From the NCBI GenBank assembly GCA_041641295.1, contig JBEPYO010000001.1, forward strand, positions 320,001-384,000: a stretch of DNA of 64,000 nucleotides, in the 5' to 3' direction. The stretch is from Nitrososphaerota archaeon (GTDB lineage Archaea > Thermoproteota > Nitrososphaeria_A > Caldarchaeales > Calditenuaceae). The position numbers and the translations under genes are program-made. This document shows positions 48,558 through 57,973 of the stretch, one piece after another (positions within the stretch are counted from its first letter, which is position 1; every line of letters starts with the position of its first letter). The notes beneath the pieces are model-generated. The model worked only from the letters and a program-made list of their open reading frames with translations. It did no database searches and was not told where the DNA came from.

Positions 48558-49520
48558 TCAGCCTTGGGGTGTGAGAGCCCCCAGAATGACGTATTGTAGG
48601 ACGATTGACAGGTATATTAGAGAGAGGCAAATGAGTGCTGCGATATGCCATCTTAAACTTCTGAGGTGTGAGAGGGAGCTTGTTAAAAGTAAGAAGCTGA
48701 TGAACTGTGAGGACACGAGAGCGACATTGGCTGCAAGCGAGGTGGGGACTATGCTGCTTGGTGAGTGGAACCACGCCCACCCCACAACCTTCGCTATGAA
48801 GAGCAGGAACGGATATAACGACATGGGCAGGATGCCTATAGATACTGCCGCCAGCCCCTTCAGAGCCGACCTGTTAAATGTTACAACGCTCAATATGAAA
48901 TCCCTAACACGTTTTAGTGTATTGTCTTCCTGCTTTCCCAGTATCCTTCTTTTTCTTAACTCGTCGTAGAGAGCTGTAAGGGCTGACAGGTAGATGTAGA
49001 TGAAGGCGATCGTCCCAAGCATGGTTAGTATGGAGCCCATCAAGTCAAAGTTACGCCAGTGATAGACGTGGAGCCCAATTAGGGATATCTTCCCGTTGAG
49101 GTATAGGGCCATGTTCAAAAGGGCGCTTAGAGATCCTAGAATGACGGCGATTACGGTCCTGTCTAGCGCGGGTCCTAGTATCCAGCTTGGATGGATAACA
49201 GTGGTGAACAGGCGGTCAAGAAAGCTTTGCGGGTTCTTAACATTCTCGAGAAGGAGTGGGTCGCCTGCTTTCAGCATCTTGTAAACTTCCAGCCCTTTCT
49301 CTGTGAGATAGTAGTTGCGTTTACTATCTTGAGCCACGAATGGTTCAAGCTGTTTAAGATTATAGTATAGGCTCCCAGTGCTTATCTGTAGGCTCGCCCT
49401 GAGAGCAGATGCACTGACCCTTCCTGCGTCGCCGATAGCCAGTATAATTCGGCGCCTAGTCCTGTGGTTGAGAAGCCAGACTGGGTTATCTTCAGAAGTG
49501 TCATTGACAGACGCTGCCAA
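48558..49520 (-). CDS. Winged-HTH (ArsR-like) domain fused to a polytopic membrane domain
   Basis: NHRTRRRII..ISTGSLYYNLKQL..YYLTEKG followed by about 5 hydrophobic helices. Confidence 0.75.
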   Translation of the reverse strand: MAASVNDTSEDNPVWLLNHRTRRRIILAIGDAGRVSASALRASLQISTGSLYYNLKQLEPFVAQDSKRNYYLTEKGLEVYKMLKAGDPLLLENVKNPQSFLDRLFTTVIHPSWILGPALDRTVIAVILGSLSALLNMALYLNGKISLIGLHVYHWRNFDLMGSILTMLGTIAFIYIYLSALTALYDELRKRRILGKQEDNTLKRVRDFILSVVTFNRSALKGLAAVSIGILPMSLYPFLLFIAKVVGWAWFHSPSSIVPTSLAANVALVSSQFISFLLLTSSLSHLRSLRWHIAALICLSLIYLSIVLQYVILGALTPQG

Positions 49521-49565
49521 GGCTGACCTTACTTAAATGATTTCATGCATTTAAACATTGCAGGG

Positions 49566-49630
49566 GGCGGCTCAGATAAATGCCTTGAATACATCAAGAT
49601 TCCTCGTAACTCTGAGTCTTCATCGCCGCC
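49566..49630 (-). ncRNA. C/D-box methylation guide sRNA
   Basis: GGCGGC-G-ATGAAGA (box C)-12 nt-AGGA (D')-ATCT-TGATGT (C')-15 nt-CTGA (D)-GCCGCC, with a 6-bp terminal stem. Confidence 0.75.
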
Positions 49631-49724
49631 TAATCATTGTTGTAGGGCATCTGCATATAAGGCTTGCAGCCGCCTACACCTAGTAAGTTTTAAAGTGGGG
49701 GGGAGTAATTATCATCCTCAGCGC

Positions 49725-50555
49725 ATGTCAGAGTCTTCTGAGTCGCGAATCAAACACGGCGACAGGGTCTTGATAGTTACTGAGACGGGGCATAGATATT
49801 TCCTGACCCTGAGGAAGGGTCAGCTCTTCCACACGGCTGACGGCTATTTCGAGACGGACAAGATAACATCTCTGTCCGAGGGTGGTGAAGTTCGGAGCAA
49901 CATAGGGAGACGAGGAGTTGTATTCAGGCCGCTACTACTAGAACACTTATTATCTCTCCCGAGGAGGACACAGATCATCTACCCCAAGGATTTTGGATTC
50001 ATTCTAGTTGTCTCAGGCGTTAGACCGGGCTCTCGGGTGGTTGAAGGCGGGACTGGAAGCGGTGTACTGGCACTCCTACTCGCAGCCTACGTAGCCCCGA
50101 ACGGCAAGATATACAGCTACGACATCGATGGAGAGAACTTCCCCACAATTATGAAGATGGCTGAAAGGCTAGGTCTCTCGGACGTACTAGAGTTGAAGAA
50201 GGGAGATATTTACAGTGGTGTGGAGGAGGTGGACGTTGACGCCTTCATCGCCGACGTTCCCCAGCCTTGGGATGCCGTAGACCAGGCTAAGAAGGCCCTC
50301 AGGGGTGGAGGAATGTTCGTCTCGATAGTGCCAACAGTGGAGCAGTTGGTTAAGACGAGTGAGAAGCTTAGGGAGCGGGGATTCCTAGAGTACTTCAGTG
50401 GAGAGTTAATGATAAGGCCTTGGAGGGTTAGGCAGGGGATGACCCGTCCACACCACATATCGAGGGCACACACCGTTTTCATAGTTGTGGCGAGAAAAAC
50501 CGAGTGTGAGAACCTCTCCGACTGGACTCTTAAACTACCCGACGGCCTCAGGTGA
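49725..50555 (+). CDS. trmI: tRNA (adenine-N1)-methyltransferase
   Basis: TQIIYPKD, VVEGGTGSG, DVPQPW, PTVEQ, TRP..HT. Confidence 0.95.
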   Translation: MSESSESRIKHGDRVLIVTETGHRYFLTLRKGQLFHTADGYFETDKITSLSEGGEVRSNIGRRGVVFRPLLLEHLLSLPRRTQIIYPKDFGFILVVSGVRPGSRVVEGGTGSGVLALLLAAYVAPNGKIYSYDIDGENFPTIMKMAERLGLSDVLELKKGDIYSGVEEVDVDAFIADVPQPWDAVDQAKKALRGGGMFVSIVPTVEQLVKTSEKLRERGFLEYFSGELMIRPWRVRQGMTRPHHISRAHTVFIVVARKTECENLSDWTLKLPDGLR

Positions 50556-51161
50556 TTGGGCTTTATCTTCCTCCTCAAGCGAGGACAGGTAGCGTATAAG
50601 CTTCGACGCGGCATCATCTACGTGCTGGAACGGGTATGCTTCGGGGTATCTGAAGGAGAATTTTACGAAGTAGCTTGAAGAATAGGTGGAAGATGCGATC
50701 GCGTAGGCTATGCTGATCTTCTGGTGTTCCTCGATCTCTTCTATTGTCTCGCCCTCCCTTTTCCTTATGCCGGCCACGTTGTCCTTAAGTCTTCTCGCCA
50801 AAATGTCTTCAGGTCTAAACTCTAAGAATATTATAGCGCGCGGTCTTATCCTCTGCGTCACATTGGGGGGTAGCCCCGGGTAATATCCCTTCGGAGTCTT
50901 GACAGCCGCATGGGTATCTACGATAACTCTACCACTAATTCCCCCTATCCTCTCTGCTGCCTTCTCCTGTAGCCTAATGTAGGACTCAGAGTCCATGAGC
51001 TTCCTCATGTCGTCTCTACTAGTTATCCCGAGTTTGCGCGCCTCCTCAAACATGACGTCTCCAAAATTCACAACTGATAAGTTCTCAACATTCTCGGAGA
51101 CCCTCTTCAATATTGTGGACTTCCCTGCACCCGGAACTGCAATCAAAACGACCCTATACAT
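50535..51161 (-). CDS. adkA: Adenylate kinase (archaeal type)
   Basis: VPGAGKST, NFGDVM, RDDMRK, VDTH..GYYPGLP. Confidence 0.93.
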   Translation of the reverse strand: MYRVVLIAVPGAGKSTILKRVSENVENLSVVNFGDVMFEEARKLGITSRDDMRKLMDSESYIRLQEKAAERIGGISGRVIVDTHAAVKTPKGYYPGLPPNVTQRIRPRAIIFLEFRPEDILARRLKDNVAGIRKREGETIEEIEEHQKISIAYAIASSTYSSSYFVKFSFRYPEAYPFQHVDDAASKLIRYLSSLEEEDKAQSPEAVG

Positions 51162-51198
51162 ATCATCACATTTTAACAGGTGTTCTTGGATAATTTAT

Positions 51199-51420
51199 CT
51201 ATAGTGCCGATTTGAGGACAATCTTCGCAGCCTTCTCCACATCCTCCTTCTTCACCGTACGCCGCCCAGCGTGCTGTGCAAGCTCGATGGCCTGGGATGC
51301 AACCCTCATGCCTATCTCCTCCAATATCTTCCGAAGCTCCTCGACAGCCTCCTCGCTGACCCGCGCTGCACCAGCCTTCCTTAAAATCCTGTGTAATGGC
51401 GCGTTCGAGAGCTCAGACAT
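51199..51420 (-). CDS. Archaeal histone (HMf family)
   Basis: EL..AP..RILRKAGAARVS..A..HAGRRTVK.ED histone fold. Confidence 0.96.
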   Translation of the reverse strand: MSELSNAPLHRILRKAGAARVSEEAVEELRKILEEIGMRVASQAIELAQHAGRRTVKKEDVEKAAKIVLKSAL

Positions 51421-51570
51421 CAAATCGTTGATATGTGTGGCAGGATATATATGCCCGCTGGGAGGGATACGGGGAGATACTTTAAAAAATACACTCGTAT
51501 GTCTCCGAGTGGGGCTTTTTTGAACCGTGATGAAACTTTATAAGAGCGTGATAAAAAGGTGTAAACGGCA

Positions 51571-52431
51571 TTGGCGTTATTGAATAGGGTCGTATGCCCG
51601 CATTGTAAGAGGCTGACCCTGAGGGGAAAATACTGTATGAACTGCGGTAAGGAGCTTCCAGCCGAGTTGGCTCTTGAGACGCCCATCCAGCAGCCCTCTC
51701 CACCACAGCCGGCCGAAGAGCTGACGCCCGCGACTCCTCCCGCCACCCACCAGGCGGCGCAGCCCCTGACACAGCAGGTTCCAGAGGCTCCAGCTGCCGA
51801 GGACGTAGCCGAGGAGCGGAAGCTTGTCGAGCAGCTCTCAAAGCTACACACATGGTCCCTAAAGCTTATTGACCTGTTGCTAGCCGGCGAGGTTCCGATA
51901 ACAGTGTTTAAAGAGCTATACGATGAGTACCGCTCCAGGATCAGCACCTTAGACCAGAAGCGTGTCGACACTATGAACAGGATTAGTGAGAGGATAAAGG
52001 AGTTGACGCAGAAGTCGGAGTCCCTTAAGATTAGGCACGAGGTCAATGAGATAAGCGACCGCGACTATATCAGGCAGAAGATTGAGTTGGACAAGGAGCT
52101 TACCAGGCTGAGGCCTAAGCTCTCGATACTCCAGAACCCTCTGGAGATAAGGCTTGCTGATATCCCAGCCTTCACCGAGAGCCTCGCCAACAAGATCCAG
52201 AACGTGAAGAATAATGGTGAGCAGGTAGGCCTCGACAAGGACACGATATCAACGATAGTATCTGACCTACAGTCGCTGCTGGATGCCTGTCAGGGCCTCG
52301 TCAAGCAGCATGAGAAGATTCAGCACGAGATCAAGAAGCTAGAGACAAGGTATAAGATTGGAGAACTCAAGCAGGATGAGTATCTCGCCCAGCGGCAGAG
52401 GCTTGAGCGTCAGCTAGAACTGACGTTCTAG
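51571..52431 (+). CDS. Zinc-ribbon / Pro-Gln linker / coiled-coil protein upstream of crenactin (possible arcadin-4- or CdvA-like)
   Basis: CPHC..YCMNCG, P/Q/A-rich linker, heptad-rich helices with three GE(V/I/L)-type turns. Confidence 0.7.
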   Translation: MALLNRVVCPHCKRLTLRGKYCMNCGKELPAELALETPIQQPSPPQPAEELTPATPPATHQAAQPLTQQVPEAPAAEDVAEERKLVEQLSKLHTWSLKLIDLLLAGEVPITVFKELYDEYRSRISTLDQKRVDTMNRISERIKELTQKSESLKIRHEVNEISDRDYIRQKIELDKELTRLRPKLSILQNPLEIRLADIPAFTESLANKIQNVKNNGEQVGLDKDTISTIVSDLQSLLDACQGLVKQHEKIQHEIKKLETRYKIGELKQDEYLAQRQRLERQLELTF

Positions 52432-52506
52432 AGCTTGGACAGTTTCCCCGCTTTTCAGCCCCTCTGTTAAACTTTAACAATTCCCCCTTCACAACTTTTC
52501 TTCGGA

Positions 52507-53775
52507 TTGTTCGAAGAGGATTATAAGCGTCGATTCGTCTTTGGCTGCGATTTTGGTACAAGCGACTACAAGTATGGGCCGATAAGTCTGGGTGAGAGGC
52601 CGCGCGTAATGGAGAATCGCGGGTATTTCCCTGAGAAGAGCATGGTTGCCGAGATGTTGGGCGGGGGTAGGGAGGTTGTTGTGGGAGATGAGGTTACCCA
52701 CTTTCTCGGGAGTGGTCAAGACCTGACGAGTAGGCTGGTGTACCCGATGCGCGACGGGATTATAGGCGCTGGAGATGAGAAGAGCTGGAAGGTTATTAGA
52801 GAGCTACTGCTGAAGTCGCTGAGCGAGTTTAAGCCCGGCGGGATTGGCTTTAAGGGCTACTATGTCGTCGCATCGCTTTCTGCTGTAGCACCCCTCTACA
52901 TGTATGAGAAGTTTTTCAGCTTTCTTGATGAGATGGCGGGGGAGGGGCTTGTCCACTCATCGACGCTTATTCCACAGCCACTGGCCGTCGCCATCGCGCA
53001 TAAGCAGACCTCCTGCGTAGTAGTCGAGAGTGGGCATGGAAATACTCAGGTAGCACCCATTTCCAAAGCCCCGATCAGGGGTGCGGTCGTCGCCTTGAAC
53101 AGGGGTGGGAGTGAGGCGAATATGATAACGGCTGAGATCCTTAAGGATACGGGCTACGGCGACCTCGCCAAGGAGGAGAAGGTGGTTAGACGCGTTAAGG
53201 AGAGGCTCGGCCTCCTGCCACTCGACTTGGACAGGGCCATTAGTTTTGCGCGGAGTAATAAGGAGGCTGTCCGCGGGATCTATCACATCGAAGGAACCAG
53301 AATTAGGATAGACTTGGGCGACTATTCATGGGCTAGATTCCTCATCGGCGAGATTGTCTTTAACCCAGCCCACGAGGTGTTCCAGAGCTACTATAGGCGC
53401 GGGATGCCCCGGCCCTCTGACATTAGGGTTGGTGATACGGTCTTCTATGGGATGATGGACATGGCTGAAACCGTAATCAGCTCGGTGGAGAAGTGCCCGG
53501 TTGAACTCCAGCCCCTCCTCTACAGCCACATCATTCTCTCGGGCGGGAACTTCTGCTGGACAGCTCCTGCCAACCTTAAGGGCGTGGCATGCGACTCTCA
53601 GGCAAAGCTAAACCACATGCTGCGGGAGAAGGGAATTGAGAACGCATCGGTCGTCCTGAGCCCCGAGCCCCAGTTCGCTGTCTGGAGGGGGTGTATCGTG
53701 TATGGCTATGCTCTACCCCACAGTTATGAGTGGAGCTGGGAACGGATGGAGGGGTGGCTACACCACAAAGGCTAA
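52507..53775 (+). CDS. Crenactin (archaeal actin)
   Basis: Actin-fold motifs GCDFGTS.YKYGPI, IPQPLAVAIA, ESGHGNTQVAPIS, LNRGG.EAN, RFLIGEIVF, ILSGG and PQFAVWRG..YGYALP..EGW match Pyrobaculum crenactin as recalled. Confidence 0.95.
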   Translation: MFEEDYKRRFVFGCDFGTSDYKYGPISLGERPRVMENRGYFPEKSMVAEMLGGGREVVVGDEVTHFLGSGQDLTSRLVYPMRDGIIGAGDEKSWKVIRELLLKSLSEFKPGGIGFKGYYVVASLSAVAPLYMYEKFFSFLDEMAGEGLVHSSTLIPQPLAVAIAHKQTSCVVVESGHGNTQVAPISKAPIRGAVVALNRGGSEANMITAEILKDTGYGDLAKEEKVVRRVKERLGLLPLDLDRAISFARSNKEAVRGIYHIEGTRIRIDLGDYSWARFLIGEIVFNPAHEVFQSYYRRGMPRPSDIRVGDTVFYGMMDMAETVISSVEKCPVELQPLLYSHIILSGGNFCWTAPANLKGVACDSQAKLNHMLREKGIENASVVLSPEPQFAVWRGCIVYGYALPHSYEWSWERMEGWLHHKG

Positions 53776-54533
53776 TCGGAGACGTCGTAGACTACCTTGA
53801 AGCCATTCTCAACCGCTTCCACTTCTCTAATCAATATTCCTCCAACCTCGGCTGTGTTTGCAACATGAGTCCCTCCACATGGTATAGCGTTCACTCCGTC
53901 AATCACAATGACTCGGTACGTCTCAAGTTCGGGAAGCCTCCCAAGGTTAGGCGCTCCTCGTACAGTCTTCAGCAACTCCTCCTTGGGAACCCAGACAGGA
54001 TACACTCTCTTGGAGGCTTTTACGACCTCGTTTGAGATACGCTCTATGGAGGCGGGATCGATTCCGCCGGCCCTCCCAATGTATTCTACAAAACTCTCAG
54101 GGGGTCCGTGGAATGCTCTCGAGGAGAGCAGGTCCTTCCCCAGTATCTGCACCACTGCGTAGTCTACTATGTGGCCTGCTGTGTGGAGCCTCATGACCCT
54201 ATATCTGCTATCCCACTCTATAGTCATGGAGACCCTGTCCCCCTCCCTCGGCACCCCCTCTAAGATGTCGCCATAATGTATCACAACGCCTGAGTGTTCT
54301 AACACTTTCTTCACTATCGCTTTAAAGTTCACGGACTCTATGGTGCCTGTGTCCGAGGGCTGTGCTCCGCCCTTAGGATGCATTATTGTGTCTGTGGTTA
54401 CGAAATATCCGCTCTTTCTCGTCTCGGGGACATAACGGAGAAGTGTTGTCTCAGTGGTCTTGAGGTAGGAGTCGTTTAGATAGAGCTTGTTGGTTGGCTT
54501 AAGTCCTGCGGATATTGACGTCAGACTCACCAT
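53772..54533 (-). CDS. alaX: Alanyl-tRNA editing protein AlaX-M
   Basis: LYLNDSY, HPKGGAQPSD, MRLHTAGH, CGGTHV. Confidence 0.92.
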   Translation of the reverse strand: MVSLTSISAGLKPTNKLYLNDSYLKTTETTLLRYVPETRKSGYFVTTDTIMHPKGGAQPSDTGTIESVNFKAIVKKVLEHSGVVIHYGDILEGVPREGDRVSMTIEWDSRYRVMRLHTAGHIVDYAVVQILGKDLLSSRAFHGPPESFVEYIGRAGGIDPASIERISNEVVKASKRVYPVWVPKEELLKTVRGAPNLGRLPELETYRVIVIDGVNAIPCGGTHVANTAEVGGILIREVEAVENGFKVVYDVSD

Positions 54534-54593
54534 TTTTGGCAGCTATAGTATTGTGGCGGGCTTTAAACCATTCTAAGCCACTCAAGCACCACC

Positions 54594-55709
54594 TCACGTC
54601 CCCATGACCTCCGTGTAAACACTGCTAGGCGAGGTCTTCAGAGCCCGTAGTAGCCAGTCAGCCCTCAAAACAGCCCCACCCGAAGCCTTTCTCAGCCTAT
54701 TCTTTAGAGCCAACCCAATCCCCTTCTCTTCCTCCCACCCCTCGGCAACTATGACCTCAACACCCTCCTCATCCATCTCTCTCAGGGACACGAAGAGACG
54801 CCTCGCAGCCTCGAGTGGATTAGACCTACTACCCAAGTCCCGAACAATATCCGCCCTGTAACTATATCCGTCGCTGCCAAGGACGCCGACCCTGATTCCG
54901 CGGGACATCAACAGGTCAGCCAAGCTTGCAACAGCGTTGCGAACCTCTTCCAACTCACCCTCCACCACTATTAGCTTGGCTGCTGGGGCATAGTGTCTAT
55001 ATTTCATACCTGGTGAGCGGGGCGACTCCCCACTGTGGAAAAGCAGCCCCAAGGCTGAGGGGTGCACCTCAACCTCCCCAATCACAGCCTCTATCTCCTC
55101 CCTAGAGACGCCGCCAGGCCGGAGTATAACCGGCCTCTCGGAGGTTAGGTCGAGAACGGTGGATTCGACGCCTATGTCGGTCGGCCCCGCGTCGAGTATG
55201 AGGTCGATCTCATCGCCCAGGTCTTGGAGGACGTGAGCTGCTAATGTGGGGCTCGGCTTACCCGACTTGTTCGCGCTGGGCGCGGCTATAGGTCTCTCGG
55301 ATGTCTCGATGAGTTTGAGAGCGACATTGTGGCGGGGCATCCTGACTGCTGCCGTGTCGAGACCGGCTACTGTGACATCGGGGACGCGGGGTGACCTCTT
55401 TACGATCAGAGTGAGTGGGCCTGGCCAGAACCGCCTTGCCAGCTTCTCAGCCCTCCAGTCAACTTCCTCAGCCACTGAGTAGAGGTCCTCGAAACTTGCA
55501 ATGTGTATTATGAGCGGGTTATCGGGGGGTCTCCCCTTAACCCTGAAGACCTTCTCAACCGCTCTCGGGTTAAGGGCGTCGGCACCTAGACCATATACCG
55601 TCTCTGTTGGAAAAGCGACGAGCCCACCCGCCCTAATGACCTCAGCCGCCCGGCTAATCACTTCAGGGTCTGGCGCCTCCCTGTCAACGCGGTATACCCG
55701 AGCCCTCAC
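54594..55709 (-). CDS. sua5: Threonylcarbamoyl-AMP synthase Sua5
   Basis: AFPTETVYGLGA, KGRPPDNPLI, APSANKSG, SPGMKYRHYAP, NRLRKA. Confidence 0.96.
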   Translation of the reverse strand: MRARVYRVDREAPDPEVISRAAEVIRAGGLVAFPTETVYGLGADALNPRAVEKVFRVKGRPPDNPLIIHIASFEDLYSVAEEVDWRAEKLARRFWPGPLTLIVKRSPRVPDVTVAGLDTAAVRMPRHNVALKLIETSERPIAAPSANKSGKPSPTLAAHVLQDLGDEIDLILDAGPTDIGVESTVLDLTSERPVILRPGGVSREEIEAVIGEVEVHPSALGLLFHSGESPRSPGMKYRHYAPAAKLIVVEGELEEVRNAVASLADLLMSRGIRVGVLGSDGYSYRADIVRDLGSRSNPLEAARRLFVSLREMDEEGVEVIVAEGWEEEKGIGLALKNRLRKASGGAVLRADWLLRALKTSPSSVYTEVMGT

Positions 55710-55743
55710 CGGCCATCTAATGGATAGCGGTCGGTAAAAAGTG

Positions 55744-56316
55744 TCACATGTGGATCTTGATAAACTTGGGAGTTTTGGACACTAGCAAAGACTGGATCTC
55801 ATCCTTCAGCTCCGCGATATTGACGCGATAATACTGATCGAGATCCCACCGGTTTAGATGTTTTAGGGCGGCCTCAAGGAGTCTGAAGTAAGCCGCTGTC
55901 TCGCCCTTCTGCGCGTGCACAAAGGCTGCGGCGGTTTTAATTAAGCTGTACAAGACCTCCCTCTCAGCACCCTTCTTTCCCCGCCAGACCTGTTCAAGGG
56001 CCTCATGAGCCTCCCAGAACCTCTCATCATTAAACAGCTTAACCGCATACTCCACCAGCTTCTCGTCTGAGGCTTCACGGGTCTCAGCTATCTCCCTGAA
56101 ATACTCGATGGGGGCCCACTCTGCCAGAGCTGAGACAGCCGCGTCTACATCACTGGCTAGCACGTCGATTTCAACGCGCCTCTTGCCTATCCGCACATCT
56201 ACTAGGCGGCTCCCCGTATTGGATAGGATTCTTTTAGCCTTGTCTAGGAGTTCCTTGTGAAGTTCGGGCGACGCCTCCAACCCTTGCAGCTTCAGCGCTA
56301 CTATCACTCTAGCCAC
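55744..56316 (-). CDS. DUF309 domain protein
   Basis: LFNDERFWEAHEALEQVW..LI..AAAFVH; start refined to GTG 56316. Confidence 0.85.
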   Translation of the reverse strand: MARVIVALKLQGLEASPELHKELLDKAKRILSNTGSRLVDVRIGKRRVEIDVLASDVDAAVSALAEWAPIEYFREIAETREASDEKLVEYAVKLFNDERFWEAHEALEQVWRGKKGAEREVLYSLIKTAAAFVHAQKGETAAYFRLLEAALKHLNRWDLDQYYRVNIAELKDEIQSLLVSKTPKFIKIHM

Positions 56317-56368
56317 GGTGTAGATAACCTCTTTAAGTCGGTATATAAGAAGTCTTAGGAGACGCGAC

Positions 56369-57973
56369 ATGAAGAGTAGTCTGCTCGCGATGATTCTCAC
56401 GCTGGCTGCCCTCCTATCCCTTGTCCCGCCGATTACATGGGGGCAAAGTGATGGCGTCTTAGCGGAGCGGTATGTCTCGGTCTCCCCCTATGGACTCGTA
56501 TATGTATGGGACCGCCTCACAAAAGTCTCCCCCGGCAGTAGCTTCGAGCTGGGAATACCAGGCTCGATATACCCTAATCTAAAAAACCTCGATGCTAGTG
56601 GCGCAAGACTCTCGGGCCCAGAATCGAGAGACGACCAGACCTACTACAAACTGGTCGCAGAATCGGACCAAGTAGTCATAAGACATGTTTACAGCGGCTT
56701 AGTCGCCGGCCGGGGTGGGGACTCATACACAATCACTACTCCCTCCACACCATTCTTCACAGGGATTGACTATTCTTCAAACGTATTCATCCAGCTACCC
56801 AGTGGAGCACAGGTCCAAAACATCCCCAATGGATTCACCCTCAACGGGACAACACTGACTCAGAAGGGTGTCAAGCCGGCTACATCGGCGCCCCAGACGG
56901 TTTCCTTCAGCTTCACCTCGACGGCTGTCCAGCTAATAGTTGCGGAAAAGCTCACACTACTCTACGACTTAGAATCCATGATGATTACAGTATGGTTGAA
57001 GGTGCGTAACGAGGATTACAAGAGCATAACCACGCTAACCCTCAACCTCGCACCTGGGCTTCAAGCCATAGAGGCTGGAGACTATTCAGGCAGAATAGAC
57101 CATAGGGCGCGTGGAGATACCGTCACGGTCGAGATATATCCCAGCAGGTTTGAGGTCCAGAGGGGGTGGCGGTACGAGTTTTATGTTAAGGCAAAGATTA
57201 GCGGTGCCGCCGGCATAGCTACGCTATCTGAGGGGAAGGTTTCTTTAGAGACATTCTTACCACTAAACGCGACGGTAGAGAGCTATATCGTCGAGGTTAT
57301 TCTTCCAAAGACTCATTCCCCAGCCTCGCCAGACTATTTCGCAGAGATTTATAGGGACAACGCAGGACGCCTAGTTGCACGGTTCAAAGGCTCGATGACC
57401 AACCCATATAAGCCTGAAAAACTCGTGTTTGAGACAACCGTCCAAGGAACACCGCCAATCATACCCCAGGCACTTATTCTAGCAATTCTATTCTTGGGCG
57501 TCTTCGGCTTCATAGCCTACAGCAGCACAGCACGAGTCAAGAAGCAAAAACCCGGCCCGTCCTTAGACCAAGCCACGGCTCAGAGACTGATACGCGAGTT
57601 CACGGAGCTTAGGGATGTCCTAGAAGAGCTAGACAACGTGGCGAGCCTAGGGAGAAAAGACATAAAACATGTCCAGCTACAGCCGATTATCTCTAGGCTT
57701 AAGTCACGCTATGACTCGCTCATTGAATCTCTAGGAGGGGTGAAGGGGGAGGAGTGGGCGGCACGCGTTACTCGGAGTCTTCAGCAAGGCATGGGCCGCT
57801 TGAACGAGACGTTGAAATTGTTGAGTAGGAGTTTCAGCGAGTTCCAGAGAGGGGAGATCAGTAGGGAGAGCTATATGAAAATCTACAGGGCCTTGAGGGG
57901 CGATATAAGGGAGTTTATATCCAGTATCTCCGAGTCTGAGGACGAGGTAAGAAGACTATTGGAGAAGAGATAG
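56369..57973 (+). CDS. Single-pass membrane protein, ribophorin I (Ost1/RPN1)-like
   Basis: Signal peptide, two beta-rich extracellular domains, SRFEVQRGWRYEF motif, one TM helix, helical cytoplasmic tail. Confidence 0.55.
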   Translation: MKSSLLAMILTLAALLSLVPPITWGQSDGVLAERYVSVSPYGLVYVWDRLTKVSPGSSFELGIPGSIYPNLKNLDASGARLSGPESRDDQTYYKLVAESDQVVIRHVYSGLVAGRGGDSYTITTPSTPFFTGIDYSSNVFIQLPSGAQVQNIPNGFTLNGTTLTQKGVKPATSAPQTVSFSFTSTAVQLIVAEKLTLLYDLESMMITVWLKVRNEDYKSITTLTLNLAPGLQAIEAGDYSGRIDHRARGDTVTVEIYPSRFEVQRGWRYEFYVKAKISGAAGIATLSEGKVSLETFLPLNATVESYIVEVILPKTHSPASPDYFAEIYRDNAGRLVARFKGSMTNPYKPEKLVFETTVQGTPPIIPQALILAILFLGVFGFIAYSSTARVKKQKPGPSLDQATAQRLIREFTELRDVLEELDNVASLGRKDIKHVQLQPIISRLKSRYDSLIESLGGVKGEEWAARVTRSLQQGMGRLNETLKLLSRSFSEFQRGEISRESYMKIYRALRGDIREFISSISESEDEVRRLLEKR

